Of a stretch of DNA of 64,000 bases, positions 42,684-52,542 are shown in pieces (the first letter of the stretch is position 1; each line of letters starts with the position of its first letter). The notes below the pieces were generated by a model. It was not told where the DNA came from. It made no database searches and saw only the letters and a list, made by a program, of their open reading frames with translations. Origin of the DNA: Acidimicrobiia bacterium (GTDB lineage: Bacteria > Actinomycetota > Acidimicrobiia > Acidimicrobiales > VFJN01); contig SHVB01000006.1 of NCBI GenBank assembly GCA_009694375.1, positions 51,017 through 115,016 on the forward strand, given 5' to 3'. Made by a program: the position numbers and the translations under genes.

Positions 42684-43912
42684 TCTGGACGGTGTTGCTG
42701 GGGCTCAGCGCAGTGGTTCTGGCTGGCGGCCTCGGCCAGGTGCTGGCGAACCAACGTCGCCTTGTCCAACGCCTGCGACGGGCCGGCGAGTCGCTCTCCG
42801 AAGAGGGACTGGCCACGGGCAGCGGCTTAGCGGGGGCGACCGCGCTGATCGAGGGAGGGGTGGAGCGTTCGCGGCGGCGGCTTCAGGAGGCCGCCATGAT
42901 CGAAGCTCGGTTGTCGCGTGTCCTGGCCCTCATCCCGCAGGGAGTGGCGGTCTTCGATGCGGCGGGGACGGTGGTGTTCAGGAATGAGGCGGCGGAGCAC
43001 TTCACCGGCTATCCCGGCGACGCGCTGGTGGAAGAAGCCCTCACCACGCTGGCCCAGGTCGCCGCGGGGCCCGAACCCGAGGCCCCGTTACGGCGCACGC
43101 TCGACCTGTTCGGGCCTCCACAACGCAGCGTGTCGCTCCAAGCCTGGCCTCTCCTGCAGGATGAGCATCTGACCGGCGTGCTGGTGGTCATCGATGATTT
43201 CACCGAGCGCCGCCGCCTGGAGGCGGTTCGACGTGATTTCGTGGCGAATATCAGTCACGAACTGAAAACCCCGGTTGGCGCTCTCGCCCTTCTCACGGAG
43301 ACCTTGCTCTCCGAGGAGGACCCGGTGGTTGCCCAACGTTTGGCGGAGCGGTTACTGAAAGAGGCCTTTCGCGTGAGCCACACCATCGATGATCTGCTGG
43401 AACTTTCCCGGATCGAGGCCGAAGATGAGCCCAAGCGCGATGTGGTGGCTGTGCGGGTGTTCATTGCCGAGGCGGTTGAGCGCGTGGGGCCTGCCGCGGA
43501 GCAGCGGGGGGTGATGATCGAAGCGGCGGAGATCGACCCCTCGTTGTGCGTTTCGGGCGACCGCCGTCAACTGGTGTCGGCTGTGTACAACCTGTTGGAG
43601 AATGCGGTGAAATATTCCGAGCAGGGGTGCGCGGTGCAGGTGGAGGCTCGGGTGGATGAGGGTTGGATGCGCATCAGCGTGGAGGATCACGGGATAGGAA
43701 TTCCGCGTCGTGACCTCGAGCATGTATTCGAGCGGTTCTACCGGGTCGATAGTGGCCGCAGTCGGGACACGGGGGGCACTGGCCTAGGCCTCGCCATCGT
43801 GCGTCATGTGGCCGACAATCACCGAGGAAGAGTGGTGGCGGAGTCATTGGAAGGGGAGGGCACCGTGGTCACGTTGCGTCTTCCGGTGTTGGCCGGCTCG
43901 GACGTATCGTGA
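42680..43912 (+). CDS. senX3: Sensor histidine kinase (SenX3-like: one TM, PAS, HisKA, HATPase)
   Basis: GTGA overlap with the pstB stop. H-box [13 protein letters not shown]-box [10 protein letters not shown]-boxes DHGIGIP and [10 protein letters not shown]. Confidence 0.8.
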   Translation: MIWTVLLGLSAVVLAGGLGQVLANQRRLVQRLRRAGESLSEEGLATGSGLAGATALIEGGVERSRRRLQEAAMIEARLSRVLALIPQGVAVFDAAGTVVFRNEAAEHFTGYPGDALVEEALTTLAQVAAGPEPEAPLRRTLDLFGPPQRSVSLQAWPLLQDEHLTGVLVVIDDFTERRRLEAVRRDFVANISHELKTPVGALALLTETLLSEEDPVVAQRLAERLLKEAFRVSHTIDDLLELSRIEAEDEPKRDVVAVRVFIAEAVERVGPAAEQRGVMIEAAEIDPSLCVSGDRRQLVSAVYNLLENAVKYSEQGCAVQVEARVDEGWMRISVEDHGIGIPRRDLEHVFERFYRVDSGRSRDTGGTGLGLAIVRHVADNHRGRVVAESLEGEGTVVTLRLPVLAGSDVS

Positions 43913-44625
43913 GCCGGTCAGGCGCCACCATTCTCGTGGTGGAGGATGAGGAATCCTATGTGGATGCCCTCACGGTGGGCCTGAAACGCGAAGGATTTCA
44001 GGTTCAGGTGGCCCGGGATGGCCTCGAGGCCATCACCGTGTTCGATGTGGTCAAACCGGACCTAGTTCTGCTCGATGTGATGCTCCCGAAACTGTCGGGC
44101 CTCGATGTGTGTCGTGAACTGCGGCGGCGGTCTCTCGTGCCGATCATCATGGTGACAGCGAAGTCCACTGAGATCGATACGGTCGTGGGGCTTGAGGTGG
44201 GCGCCGATGACTACATCGCCAAGCCGTATCGGCTGCGCGAGTTGGTGGCGCGGGTGCGGGCAGTGCTGCGGCGCCACGATGGCGACGCCGCCGAGGTCCT
44301 GCTTCGCGGAGACGTACTGCAGGTGGGTGATGTGACCCTCGATTCGGATCGCCACGAAGTTGTGATCCGCTCGACGGTGGTGAGCCTGCCGCTCAAGGAG
44401 TTCGAGTTGCTGGAACTCTTGCTGGCTAATGCTGGCCGGGTTCTCACGCGGGAAGTGCTGATCGATCGGATTTGGGGTTTCGACTACGTGGGCGACACCA
44501 AGACATTGGACGTGCACATCAAGCGGTTGCGGGCCAAGGTGGAAACCAGTTCCGCCCCGCCGACGCGCATTGTCACGATTCGCGGGCTTGGCTACAAGTA
44601 TGCGCTGCCCGTGCCAAAGGTCTGA
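43909..44625 (+). CDS. regX3: OmpR-family response regulator (RegX3-like)
   Basis: GTGA overlap with the kinase stop. ILVVEDEES, LVLLDVMLP, IIMVTA, LPLKEFELLELL...GRVLTREVLIDRIWGFDYVGDTKTLDVHIKRLRAK. As I recall it, this is close to mycobacterial RegX3. Confidence 0.85.
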   Translation: MSRSGATILVVEDEESYVDALTVGLKREGFQVQVARDGLEAITVFDVVKPDLVLLDVMLPKLSGLDVCRELRRRSLVPIIMVTAKSTEIDTVVGLEVGADDYIAKPYRLRELVARVRAVLRRHDGDAAEVLLRGDVLQVGDVTLDSDRHEVVIRSTVVSLPLKEFELLELLLANAGRVLTREVLIDRIWGFDYVGDTKTLDVHIKRLRAKVETSSAPPTRIVTIRGLGYKYALPVPKV

Positions 44626-44660
44626 GCGCCGGCAGCGGTGCTGGTGAGGGTGCTCCTACG

Positions 44661-46052
44661 ATGGGGCGGATGTCTGATCCGGCCGGTTGGCAACCCATCT
44701 CGGGGTCTTCTTCGACCCCCCTGGCGTTCCAGACATCCCCCTTTGCCCGGTTGGCTAGGGCGCATGCGCTCTCCTCGGCTGGCGATGTCCTCGTAGCGAT
44801 CGCCCTCGCCAACTCATTATTTTTCGATCTCGACCCCAACGATGCCCGTTGGAAGGTCTTTCTCTATCTGGCTCTGACGGTGGCTCCGCTGGCGCTGGTG
44901 AGTCCGCTCATCGGTCCGGCGCTGGATCGATCGGTGGGTGCTCGACGCTGGGTGATCGTGGGGGTGAATGCCGTTCGGGCCTTTGCCTGTTTGATGATGA
45001 TCGGCGATCTCTCCGGGCTGCTGCTGTTCCCCGAGGCCTTTCTGGTCTTGGCGATGGGGAAGGTCTATGGCGTCACGCGGGCGGCGTTGGTACCCACGGT
45101 TGTGCACGGCAACGCCGGCCTGGTGGAGGCCAACGCAAAACTGCAATTGCTGTCGGGGTTGGCGGTACCGGTGATGGCGATCCCGGCGGCGATCGCCTTT
45201 GCTCTTGGAGGTTCCGAGGGCATTTTGTTGATTGCGGCGCTCGCCTACGCGGGTGGCACCTACGCGGCGATTCGGATCCCACCCACCCGGGTGGCCGATG
45301 CCCCCGCCACCGCCGCAGAGGTAGCCGAGTTGCGCGGCATCGGGGTGATCCTGGCCGCCCAGGCGATGTCGGTGATCCGCGGCCTGGTGGGGTTCCTGGC
45401 GTTCCTATTGCTCTTCAGCTTTCGTGATGGCCCGTACTGGCACCTGTGGCTGGTGCTGGGCCTCAGCGGGTTGGGCACCCTGGCCGGTGCCGGGTTGGCC
45501 CCGGTTCTTCGCCGGACCTTCACCGAGGAGCGCATGTTGACGGCCTCGCTGGCGGTGGCTGCGGGCGTGGGGGCAGTGGCCGCCTGGCGAGGAACGATCG
45601 TTTGGTCGGCCCTGCTGGCGGGCTCGATGGCGGCGGTGGCTAGTACTGGTCGGCTGGCCTTCGACTCGTTGGTGCAGCGCGACGCCCCCGATGCCAACCG
45701 AGGGCGGTCGTTCGCTCGTTTCGAACTGCGCTTTCAGGCGGTGTGGGTGGTAGGGGCGTCGATCCCCGTGTTGGTGCCGATTCCGCTTCGTGTCGGGTAC
45801 GCGGCGATTGGCTTAGTGGCCGCGTTGAGCCTGTGTGTCTATCTCAGCCGAGTGCGAGTGAGCCGACGGGCCGGGGTTGATCGTCGCCCCGCCGGTCCGG
45901 GGATTCCGCCGGACCAGCACCAACCCGCCGAGGCCGTTGTCGGCACGATGGACGGCACCGCCTTGCGATGGAACCAGCGATTTATGGGCCGCCACTCATC
46001 GGGCGGTGGCGATGGCGCGGTGCCCTCGACAGGTCCCGGGGAGCGAGGCTAG
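44661..46052 (+). CDS. Multi-pass membrane protein, probably an MFS-type transporter
   Basis: Trimmed to ATG 44661. About 10-12 hydrophobic segments. The MFS assignment is tentative and no strong signature was seen. Confidence 0.55.
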   Translation: MGRMSDPAGWQPISGSSSTPLAFQTSPFARLARAHALSSAGDVLVAIALANSLFFDLDPNDARWKVFLYLALTVAPLALVSPLIGPALDRSVGARRWVIVGVNAVRAFACLMMIGDLSGLLLFPEAFLVLAMGKVYGVTRAALVPTVVHGNAGLVEANAKLQLLSGLAVPVMAIPAAIAFALGGSEGILLIAALAYAGGTYAAIRIPPTRVADAPATAAEVAELRGIGVILAAQAMSVIRGLVGFLAFLLLFSFRDGPYWHLWLVLGLSGLGTLAGAGLAPVLRRTFTEERMLTASLAVAAGVGAVAAWRGTIVWSALLAGSMAAVASTGRLAFDSLVQRDAPDANRGRSFARFELRFQAVWVVGASIPVLVPIPLRVGYAAIGLVAALSLCVYLSRVRVSRRAGVDRRPAGPGIPPDQHQPAEAVVGTMDGTALRWNQRFMGRHSSGGGDGAVPSTGPGERG

Positions 46053-47239
46053 AGGTCGATCCGGGCTAGCCACAGCCCGGGTGCGTCAACTTCGGGGGGG
46101 GTGGGCAGATGGCTGACGTCGGTCCACAGGCGGCGGAGACCGGCCTCGCCACTCCGCTCGATTACGCCGGTCACGAACGCGGCGCCGCGGTCGTAGGTGG
46201 GCTGGGTCAGTTCGAGGCCGAAGAGGCGCTCCACGAAGCGGTCGGGTTCGGCTGCTTCCACTCGGCGTCTCCGGACGGCTTCACTGATCATCCCGTAGTT
46301 GGTGACCAGTCGCGTACCCACTTCATCCACCACGTGATCGACCACTCCTACGACGATCGCAACGTGGGCTTCCAGCGCGGGCCGCATGGCTTGCTGGGTC
46401 GGCGAGGTGATGGCACCGAGGATCATCTCGGGCGAGCCGAAGACTTCCTGGAGGTGGTTCATGGATTCCGGGTTGTTGAGGTCGATGGTCCCGAGCCGGT
46501 CCTCGATGGCCCCGGCGTCGTTACGAAAGGAAGATACGTAACTGGTGAGAAGGTCGTTCATCCGATCGCGGATGTGGGGTACGCCGAACAAGCTGTGGTG
46601 TGCGATCTCGTGGACACAGGTGAGGAGTCGGATCTCCTCAGGGTTGATGCTCCATTCGGTGGCAAAGGCATCGAGGTTGGGCACCAACAGGTGCAACTCG
46701 TCGGCGGCTGTCCCGGTGATCGGCCGCGGGATGGGCAGGTCGTACTGGCCGAAGGAGCGCTGAGCGAGATGGCCCACCATGGAACCCGCGGTCATCGCCA
46801 GCATCATGGGCTGGAGCATCTGAAGGATGCCGGCGAGAGGGTCGGCGGGCCCGTCGTCAGACGGGGTGTCGACGTCGGCGGTGGGGGATGGGCTGAGGGC
46901 CTCGGCGAGGCGCTCGGCCAGCGGGCGATAGGCATCGAGGGTGGTCTGTGCCCAGGTGGAGCGGTTCACGGGGAGGACGGACACCGCCCGGCCGTTGACC
47001 GAGGTAGGTAGTTCCAAGACCTGCGCCACGTTGAGCTCGGCCACGCGGGCCAGTTGTTCGATATCGATGCGTTCGATCGGGTCCACGTTGGCTTCGCTGT
47101 GGCCGCCGGTGGCTACGTTGATGGCCAGGTTGCGGGCGTTGTCCCAGGGGCTGGCGCCCTGTTGCCCGAGCATCCGGGCAATGTCGCCGAAGAGGGGAAT
47201 GCCTTCGAAGGGATTCCCGAATGGACCCTGATCGCTCAC
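46049..47239 (-). CDS. Zinc-dependent metalloprotease (DUF2342-like, HExxH)
   Basis: Trimmed to GTG 47239 (VSDQGPFGNPFEGIPLFGDIARMLGQQG). HExxH motif in LLTCVHEIAHHSLF. Confidence 0.7.
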   Translation of the reverse strand: MSDQGPFGNPFEGIPLFGDIARMLGQQGASPWDNARNLAINVATGGHSEANVDPIERIDIEQLARVAELNVAQVLELPTSVNGRAVSVLPVNRSTWAQTTLDAYRPLAERLAEALSPSPTADVDTPSDDGPADPLAGILQMLQPMMLAMTAGSMVGHLAQRSFGQYDLPIPRPITGTAADELHLLVPNLDAFATEWSINPEEIRLLTCVHEIAHHSLFGVPHIRDRMNDLLTSYVSSFRNDAGAIEDRLGTIDLNNPESMNHLQEVFGSPEMILGAITSPTQQAMRPALEAHVAIVVGVVDHVVDEVGTRLVTNYGMISEAVRRRRVEAAEPDRFVERLFGLELTQPTYDRGAAFVTGVIERSGEAGLRRLWTDVSHLPTPPEVDAPGLWLARIDL

Positions 47240-47257
47240 GGGGGCATCGTAGAGCAG

Positions 47258-48325
47258 ATGACCTCTGATGCACCCCGCGGCGGATCCACCGTTCTCATCA
47301 CCGGCGCCGGTGGTGCGCTGGGCCGACACGTCGTAGCCCTCGTGGCGGCCGATCCCTCGGTGGAGCGGGTGCTGGCCCTGGATCAACGTCCCCTCGACGA
47401 TCTTCCGGCCCGGGTGGAGCCCCATGTGGTGGCCCTGGAGCAGGCCGATCTCAAGCATCTGGCCCACGGCGTCACCGTGATCGTTCATCTTGCCCAGACC
47501 ACCGGCGTCGTTACTTCCTCCCCCGGGGAGGCCGGTGACGCAGCGTTGGCGCGGCTCGTGTTGGAGGCCGCCACCGCGGTAGGAGCCCACCACGTGGTCC
47601 TGCTCTCGAGTGCCATCGCCTACGGCGCCTGGGCTAATAATCCGGTGCCGCTCACCGAGGAGGCGCCACTGCGTCCGAACCCGGGAGTGTCGTGCGCGTT
47701 CGAGAAGGCTGAAGTGGAGCGGGCGGCGGGTGAGTGGCGTGACGACCATCCTGGGGTCACCGTCACTCTCTTGCGACCCACTGTGACCGTCTGCGCGCAG
47801 GGTAACGGCTGGCTGGCTCGGGCCCTGGCGCGATCCTCGGCCTTGCCGGTAGTGGAAGACGAGCCGCCCGGTCAGTTCCTTGATGTGGCCGATCTGGCCT
47901 CCGCGGTGGATCTAGCGCGTCGGGCTCGCCTCGACGGGCCGCGCAATGTGGCCCCTGATGGATGGATCGATGGCGACACGGTGAGGGCATTGGCCGGTGG
48001 TGGACTCCGACTGCGGGTGCCGGAGCGGCTGGCGGTGCGCTGGGCGGGGCTGCGTTGGCGCTGGGGCCTCGGGGCCACCCCGCCCGAACTCCTGCCGTTC
48101 ACAGCCCACCCCTGGGTGGTGGCTAACGATCGCCTCAAGGCGGAGGGGTGGGCCCCCACCGCTTCCAACGAGGAGGCCTATGTGGCTGCCCATGAGGCCA
48201 GCCGCTGGGCCGCCCTGAGCCCCACGCGCCGCCAAGAGGTGGCTCTGGCGGCCGGCGGCGTGGTGCTGCTGGCCCAGGCGATGGGTATCGCCGCCATGGT
48301 CCGACGGCATCGACGCCGTCGCTAG
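47258..48325 (+). CDS. NAD-dependent epimerase/dehydratase family protein with C-terminal TM anchor
   Basis: Trimmed to ATG 47258. Rossmann motif VLITGAGGALGRHV. C-terminal hydrophobic segment ALAAGGVVLLAQAMGIAAMV followed by RRHRRRR. Confidence 0.7.
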   Translation: MTSDAPRGGSTVLITGAGGALGRHVVALVAADPSVERVLALDQRPLDDLPARVEPHVVALEQADLKHLAHGVTVIVHLAQTTGVVTSSPGEAGDAALARLVLEAATAVGAHHVVLLSSAIAYGAWANNPVPLTEEAPLRPNPGVSCAFEKAEVERAAGEWRDDHPGVTVTLLRPTVTVCAQGNGWLARALARSSALPVVEDEPPGQFLDVADLASAVDLARRARLDGPRNVAPDGWIDGDTVRALAGGGLRLRVPERLAVRWAGLRWRWGLGATPPELLPFTAHPWVVANDRLKAEGWAPTASNEEAYVAAHEASRWAALSPTRRQEVALAAGGVVLLAQAMGIAAMVRRHRRRR

Positions 48326-49533
48326 CGGCGCGTCCCGGGTTGTTCGCCCACGATGAGTTTGGCGTCGATGTGTTGGCCGTCGCGCCAGTAGCCCAGGGCG
48401 ATCTCGTCGCCCGGGCGGTGGTCGCGAACAGCCACCACGATCGAAGAGGCTGATTCCATCGGTTCGCCGTCGATTTCGGTGATGGTGTCCTTGGCCCTCA
48501 GACCGGCGAGGGCGGCCGGACTTTCGGTGCGCACGCCGAGAATCTCGGCGCCTCCGTCGATGTCCAGAGCCAGCGTGGTGGCGGCGCTGCTGTCGGTGCA
48601 GTTGATGCCGAGCCACCCGTGGATGGCGTGGCCGTAGGTCATGAGCTGTGCAGCCACTCGCCCCACGAGGTTGATGGGGGTGGCGAACGCGAACCCGGTG
48701 GTCTCGGCGGTGCCGATCGGGGCGAGGATGCCGATGACTGATCCATTGGCATCAACGAGGGCTCCGCCACCCCCCGTTGCGCCGATAGGGGTATCGGCTT
48801 GGATCATCCCGTGGAGCGACTCCTCCCCGACCGGGATCCTGCGCTCCAGGGCGCTGATCACCCCCGATGATACCCATGGGGCACTCCCGCTCTCGAGGGC
48901 GGAGCCGATGGCGACGCTGGGGGCGCCGACCACGAGATCGGTGGATGATCCGAGGATGGCTACGGGCAGGTCGGTGGCGGCGATCTGAACGACGGCCACG
49001 TCGGTGAAGGAGTCGAGACCCCTCACCTGGCCCTCGAAGCGGCGTCCGTCGGCGAGGACCACTTCGATGGCTTCGGCATCGCCGATCAGGCGGGCGCTGG
49101 TGACGAGCATCCCGTCGCTGCGAATAATCACGGCGGTACCGGTGGTAGGGCCTTCCGGTTGGGTGAGCACCAGACGGGCCAAGGCGGGACCGAGGCGTTC
49201 CGCCACCACAGTGACGCCACGGTCATCGCGCAGCAGCGGCGAGGAAACCACCGGACTCACCGCCACTTTCTCCACGACATGCTCCGCGACGGCACCGGAG
49301 AAGGTGCCGGTGATGGCGAGGACCCCCAGGGTGAGCGCAGCCCCGGCCACGCCCGCTCCGATCGCCGTGGACCAGATCACTCGACGCGCGGCGGGGGTGT
49401 GCCCTTGAACGGGGCTACCCGGCCCCGGCGCACCGGCCCCGGCCATCTCCGAGGGATGTCGCCACAGGCGGTCCTCGGGGGGCAGGGGAGGATCGAAGCC
49501 GCCGCCGTCGTCGGAGTCGTCGTGGGGCGGCAT
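48322..49533 (-). CDS. Trypsin-like (S1C/HtrA-like) serine protease with PDZ domain
   Basis: One TM helix (VIWSTAIGAGVAGAALTLGVLAI), DVAVVQI, DTPIGATGGGGALVD, and C-terminal PDZ (AALAGLRAKDTITEIDG). Confidence 0.85.
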   Translation of the reverse strand: MPPHDDSDDGGGFDPPLPPEDRLWRHPSEMAGAGAPGPGSPVQGHTPAARRVIWSTAIGAGVAGAALTLGVLAITGTFSGAVAEHVVEKVAVSPVVSSPLLRDDRGVTVVAERLGPALARLVLTQPEGPTTGTAVIIRSDGMLVTSARLIGDAEAIEVVLADGRRFEGQVRGLDSFTDVAVVQIAATDLPVAILGSSTDLVVGAPSVAIGSALESGSAPWVSSGVISALERRIPVGEESLHGMIQADTPIGATGGGGALVDANGSVIGILAPIGTAETTGFAFATPINLVGRVAAQLMTYGHAIHGWLGINCTDSSAATTLALDIDGGAEILGVRTESPAALAGLRAKDTITEIDGEPMESASSIVVAVRDHRPGDEIALGYWRDGQHIDAKLIVGEQPGTRR

Positions 49534-49594
49534 AACCGGAACGGTAGTGGTGCCCTGTGCCGAGGGGGCCGCGGGCCATCTACAGTGGACAGCG

Positions 49595-50074
49595 ATGGAT
49601 CGCTTCCGCGCCCCTGCGCCCGCAGCGGGCGACGATTGGATTGCCCTCGCGGGCGAGGACCTGCCGGTGGCCGAGGTGGCCGCGTGGGTTTTGCGCCCTC
49701 ACTGTGGGGCGGTGGTCACCTTTACCGGCACCGCCCGGGATCACTCACCGGGCCGAGAGGGTGTGCACCGCCTGGACTACGAGGCGTATGAGGAACATGC
49801 CGTGCTCCGCATGGAGGCCGTGCTCAACGAGTTGCGGGTTCGGTGGCCAGCCGTAGGGCGGGTGGCGTTACTGCATCGCACCGGGGTCCTCGCGGTGAGC
49901 GACGCCGCCGTGGTGGTGGCCGTGTCTGCTCCCCATCGGGTCGAGGCCTTTGCCGCGGCTCGTTTCGGCATCGATGAAGTCAAACGCAGTGTTCCCATCT
50001 GGAAGCGGGAGGCGTGGGCCGACGGTGAGAGTTGGGGCCTCGACCCGCAGGCCTGCACGGAGGTGCGGCCGTGA
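49595..50074 (+). CDS. moaE: Molybdopterin synthase catalytic subunit
   Basis: Trimmed to ATG 49595. GAVVTFTGTARDHS, LDYEAYEEHA, VALLHRTG.L.V.D, VAVSAPHR, VPIWKRE. Confidence 0.85.
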   Translation: MDRFRAPAPAAGDDWIALAGEDLPVAEVAAWVLRPHCGAVVTFTGTARDHSPGREGVHRLDYEAYEEHAVLRMEAVLNELRVRWPAVGRVALLHRTGVLAVSDAAVVVAVSAPHRVEAFAAARFGIDEVKRSVPIWKREAWADGESWGLDPQACTEVRP

Positions 50075-50277
50075 GCCCGCTGGTGTTCCTCCTGGTCGCT
50101 CTGGTGTTTTCGGGGGTGGGCTTCTTGGTGCTGTGGCTGCAGCATCGTTCCCCAACAACGCTGAACTCGGGTATCGAAGCGTTCCAACGGGAAATGGATG
50201 CCCTCGCCCCTCCGGGCGATGCGCCGCCTCCCCTGCGGCGTACGGCGCGGCCAGAGCGTCTTGACGAGGAGGCCTAG
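50071..50277 (+). CDS. Small single-pass membrane protein (hypothetical)
   Basis: The GTG overlaps the moaE TGA (GTGA). Sequence VSPLVFLLVALVFSGVGFLVLWL, then a polar tail. The ORF ends 3 nt before mreB. Confidence 0.45.
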   Translation: MSPLVFLLVALVFSGVGFLVLWLQHRSPTTLNSGIEAFQREMDALAPPGDAPPPLRRTARPERLDEEA

Positions 50278-50280
50278 GTC

Positions 50281-51285
50281 ATGGCCCGCGATCTTGCCAT
50301 CGATCTTGGGACGGCCAACACCCTGGTCTACGAGCGGGGCCGCGGGATCGTACTGAATGAACCCACCGTGATTGCCCTGAACGAACACACCCAAGAGGTG
50401 CTGGCCATGGGGCAGGAGGCCTGGCAGATGATCGGCCGCACGCCGGGCCATATCGTGGCCGTGCGTCCGCTGCGTCAGGGAGCCATCACCGATTTCGAGA
50501 TCACTCAGCGAATGATCCGGCTCTTGTTGCACCGCGTGGGGGTGAGTCGTTTCAATCGCCCGCGGGTGGTGATTTGTGTGCCCTCGGCTATTACGGAGGT
50601 GGAACGCCGAGCGGTGACCGAGGCGGCCCGCCGGGCGGGGGCGGCGGAGGCCCACCTCATCGAGCAGCCCATGGCGGCGGCGATCGGTGCGGGCATGCCG
50701 ATTCACGAGCCGGTGGCCAACATGGTGGTGGATGTGGGGGGCGGAACCTCCGAGACGGCGCTCATCTCCCTCGGGGGGGTCGTGGCTCTCAAGGCCGTGC
50801 GGGTGGGCAGTTTCGACATTGACGTCGCGATCACCCAGTTCATTCGCCGCGAGTATGGGATCGCCGTGGGGGAGCGCACGGCCGAGGAGATCAAGGTGGC
50901 CATCGGGTCGGCGTGGCCGGTGCGCGACGAAGTGAACGCGGAGGTTCGCGGTCGGGATCTCACCAGCGGTTTACCCAAGACGATCATCCTGTCCCCCGAG
51001 GAGGTGCGCTGGGCTATCGAGGAGCCGGTATCGGCCATCGTGGAATCGGTGGTGTCCTGCCTCGGCATGAGCCCCCCTGATCTCGCCCAAGACCTGATTC
51101 TCGACGGGTTGAAGTTGGTGGGAGGGGGCGGGATGTTGGCGGGATTGGATCAGCGACTGGCCAACGAGACCGACATACCGGTGCACCTCGTGGATGCGCC
51201 GCTGGAGTGCGTGGTGCTGGGTGCGGGTAGTTGTATCGAGTCCTACGACCTCCTCAAAAACATGTTCATGGGGAGCAATCGATAG
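50281..51285 (+). CDS. mreB: Rod-shape-determining actin homologue MreB
   Basis: LAIDLGTANTLVY, VICVPS..TEVERRAV, MVVDVGGGTSE, GGGMLAGLDQRL. Confidence 0.93.
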   Translation: MARDLAIDLGTANTLVYERGRGIVLNEPTVIALNEHTQEVLAMGQEAWQMIGRTPGHIVAVRPLRQGAITDFEITQRMIRLLLHRVGVSRFNRPRVVICVPSAITEVERRAVTEAARRAGAAEAHLIEQPMAAAIGAGMPIHEPVANMVVDVGGGTSETALISLGGVVALKAVRVGSFDIDVAITQFIRREYGIAVGERTAEEIKVAIGSAWPVRDEVNAEVRGRDLTSGLPKTIILSPEEVRWAIEEPVSAIVESVVSCLGMSPPDLAQDLILDGLKLVGGGGMLAGLDQRLANETDIPVHLVDAPLECVVLGAGSCIESYDLLKNMFMGSNR

Positions 51286-51342
51286 AGCCCGGGGAGGTTT
51301 GGCTTCGACCGCTTCCTCCTGTGCCCTCTACCGTGGTGTCTC

Positions 51343-52353
51343 GTGGATCCTTCTTCGCCCCGCTCGGTGATCGCTCGTGCCTCGACTGCGCTGCTCGATG
51401 AGCGACGGCAGCTCACTTCCGCCGAACTGGCCGAGCTGGCCGGGGTGCCCGATGAGAGCGTGCCGGCGCTGGCGGCGCTGGCCCATGAGGTGCGTTTGTC
51501 CTGGTGCGGGCCAGAGGTGGAGGTGGAAGGCATCCTGTCGGCCAAGACCGGCGGCTGCCCGGAGGATTGTCACTTCTGTTCGCAGTCGGCTCAGTTCGAC
51601 ACGGTGGTGCAGGCCACACCGTTCCTGGATCGGGATGAGGTGATGGCGGCGGCCAAGGAGACGGCGGCCATCGGCGCGTCGGAGTTCTGCCTGGTGTTGG
51701 CGGTGCGCGGGCCCGACGAAAAGACGATGCAGCGGCTGGAGGAACTGGTACCCGCCGTGCGGGAGGAGACCGGGCTGAACGTGGCTGTCTCCGCCGGCAT
51801 CCTCACGGAGGCCCAGGCGGTGCGCCTGGCCAAGGTCGGTACGCATCGGTACAACCACAATCTGGAGACGGCGCGTTCGTTTTTTCCGAACGTGGTCACC
51901 ACCCATGCCTGGGAGGAGCGCTTCGACACCTGTCGTCTCGTGCGCGAGCAAGGGATGGAACTGTGTTGCGGCGCGCTGTTGGGTATGGGCGAGTCGGTGG
52001 CGCAGCGTCTCGAACTACTGGATCAGTTGCGGGAGGTGGAGCCGGCCGAGGTGCCGCTGAACTTCCTCAATCCGCGACCAGGAACGCCACTGATGATTCG
52101 GAAACTGGTGGAGCCGCTCGAAGCTATTCGTTGGATCGCGCTGTTCCGCCTGGCGCTTCCTTCGGTGATCTTGCGTTACGCCGGCGGCCGTGAGGTCACC
52201 CTGCGAGAATTGCAAGCGCTTGGCTTGACTGCCGGGATCAACGCGCTGATCGTGGGAAACTACCTCACCACGTTGGGTCGCTCTCCCGAGGAAGATCTGC
52301 AGATGTTGTCTGACCTGCGCATGCCGATCGGCGTGCTGTCCAAGGCCATCTGA
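51343..52353 (+). CDS. bioB: Biotin synthase (radical SAM)
   Basis: Radical-SAM triad CPEDCHFCSQS, YNHNLET, ELCCGALLGMGES, PLNFLNPRPGTPL. GTG start. Confidence 0.92.
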   Translation: MDPSSPRSVIARASTALLDERRQLTSAELAELAGVPDESVPALAALAHEVRLSWCGPEVEVEGILSAKTGGCPEDCHFCSQSAQFDTVVQATPFLDRDEVMAAAKETAAIGASEFCLVLAVRGPDEKTMQRLEELVPAVREETGLNVAVSAGILTEAQAVRLAKVGTHRYNHNLETARSFFPNVVTTHAWEERFDTCRLVREQGMELCCGALLGMGESVAQRLELLDQLREVEPAEVPLNFLNPRPGTPLMIRKLVEPLEAIRWIALFRLALPSVILRYAGGREVTLRELQALGLTAGINALIVGNYLTTLGRSPEEDLQMLSDLRMPIGVLSKAI

Positions 52354-52356
52354 GCG

Positions 52357-52542
52357 GTGCCCGCCGCAGGTGCCGCTCATTGCTGCGGCTGCGGTCGCCT
52401 ATCAGCGAAGTGCTCGGGGTGCGGGCCCGCCCTCGACCCGCCTCGATTTTGTGAGGGGTGTGGGAAGCGGCTCACCGTGCAGGTAACTCCGGCGGGTTTC
52501 TCGGCTCGTTGCAACCGCTGCGGCGCATCGCTTAGTCGCTGA
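52357..52542 (+). CDS. Small Cys-rich (zinc-ribbon-like) hypothetical protein
   Basis: 61 aa with Cys pairs CCGCG, CSGCG, CEGCG and CNRCG. It starts 3 nt after the bioB stop. The GTG start and its expression are unproven. Confidence 0.4.
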   Translation: MPAAGAAHCCGCGRLSAKCSGCGPALDPPRFCEGCGKRLTVQVTPAGFSARCNRCGASLSR

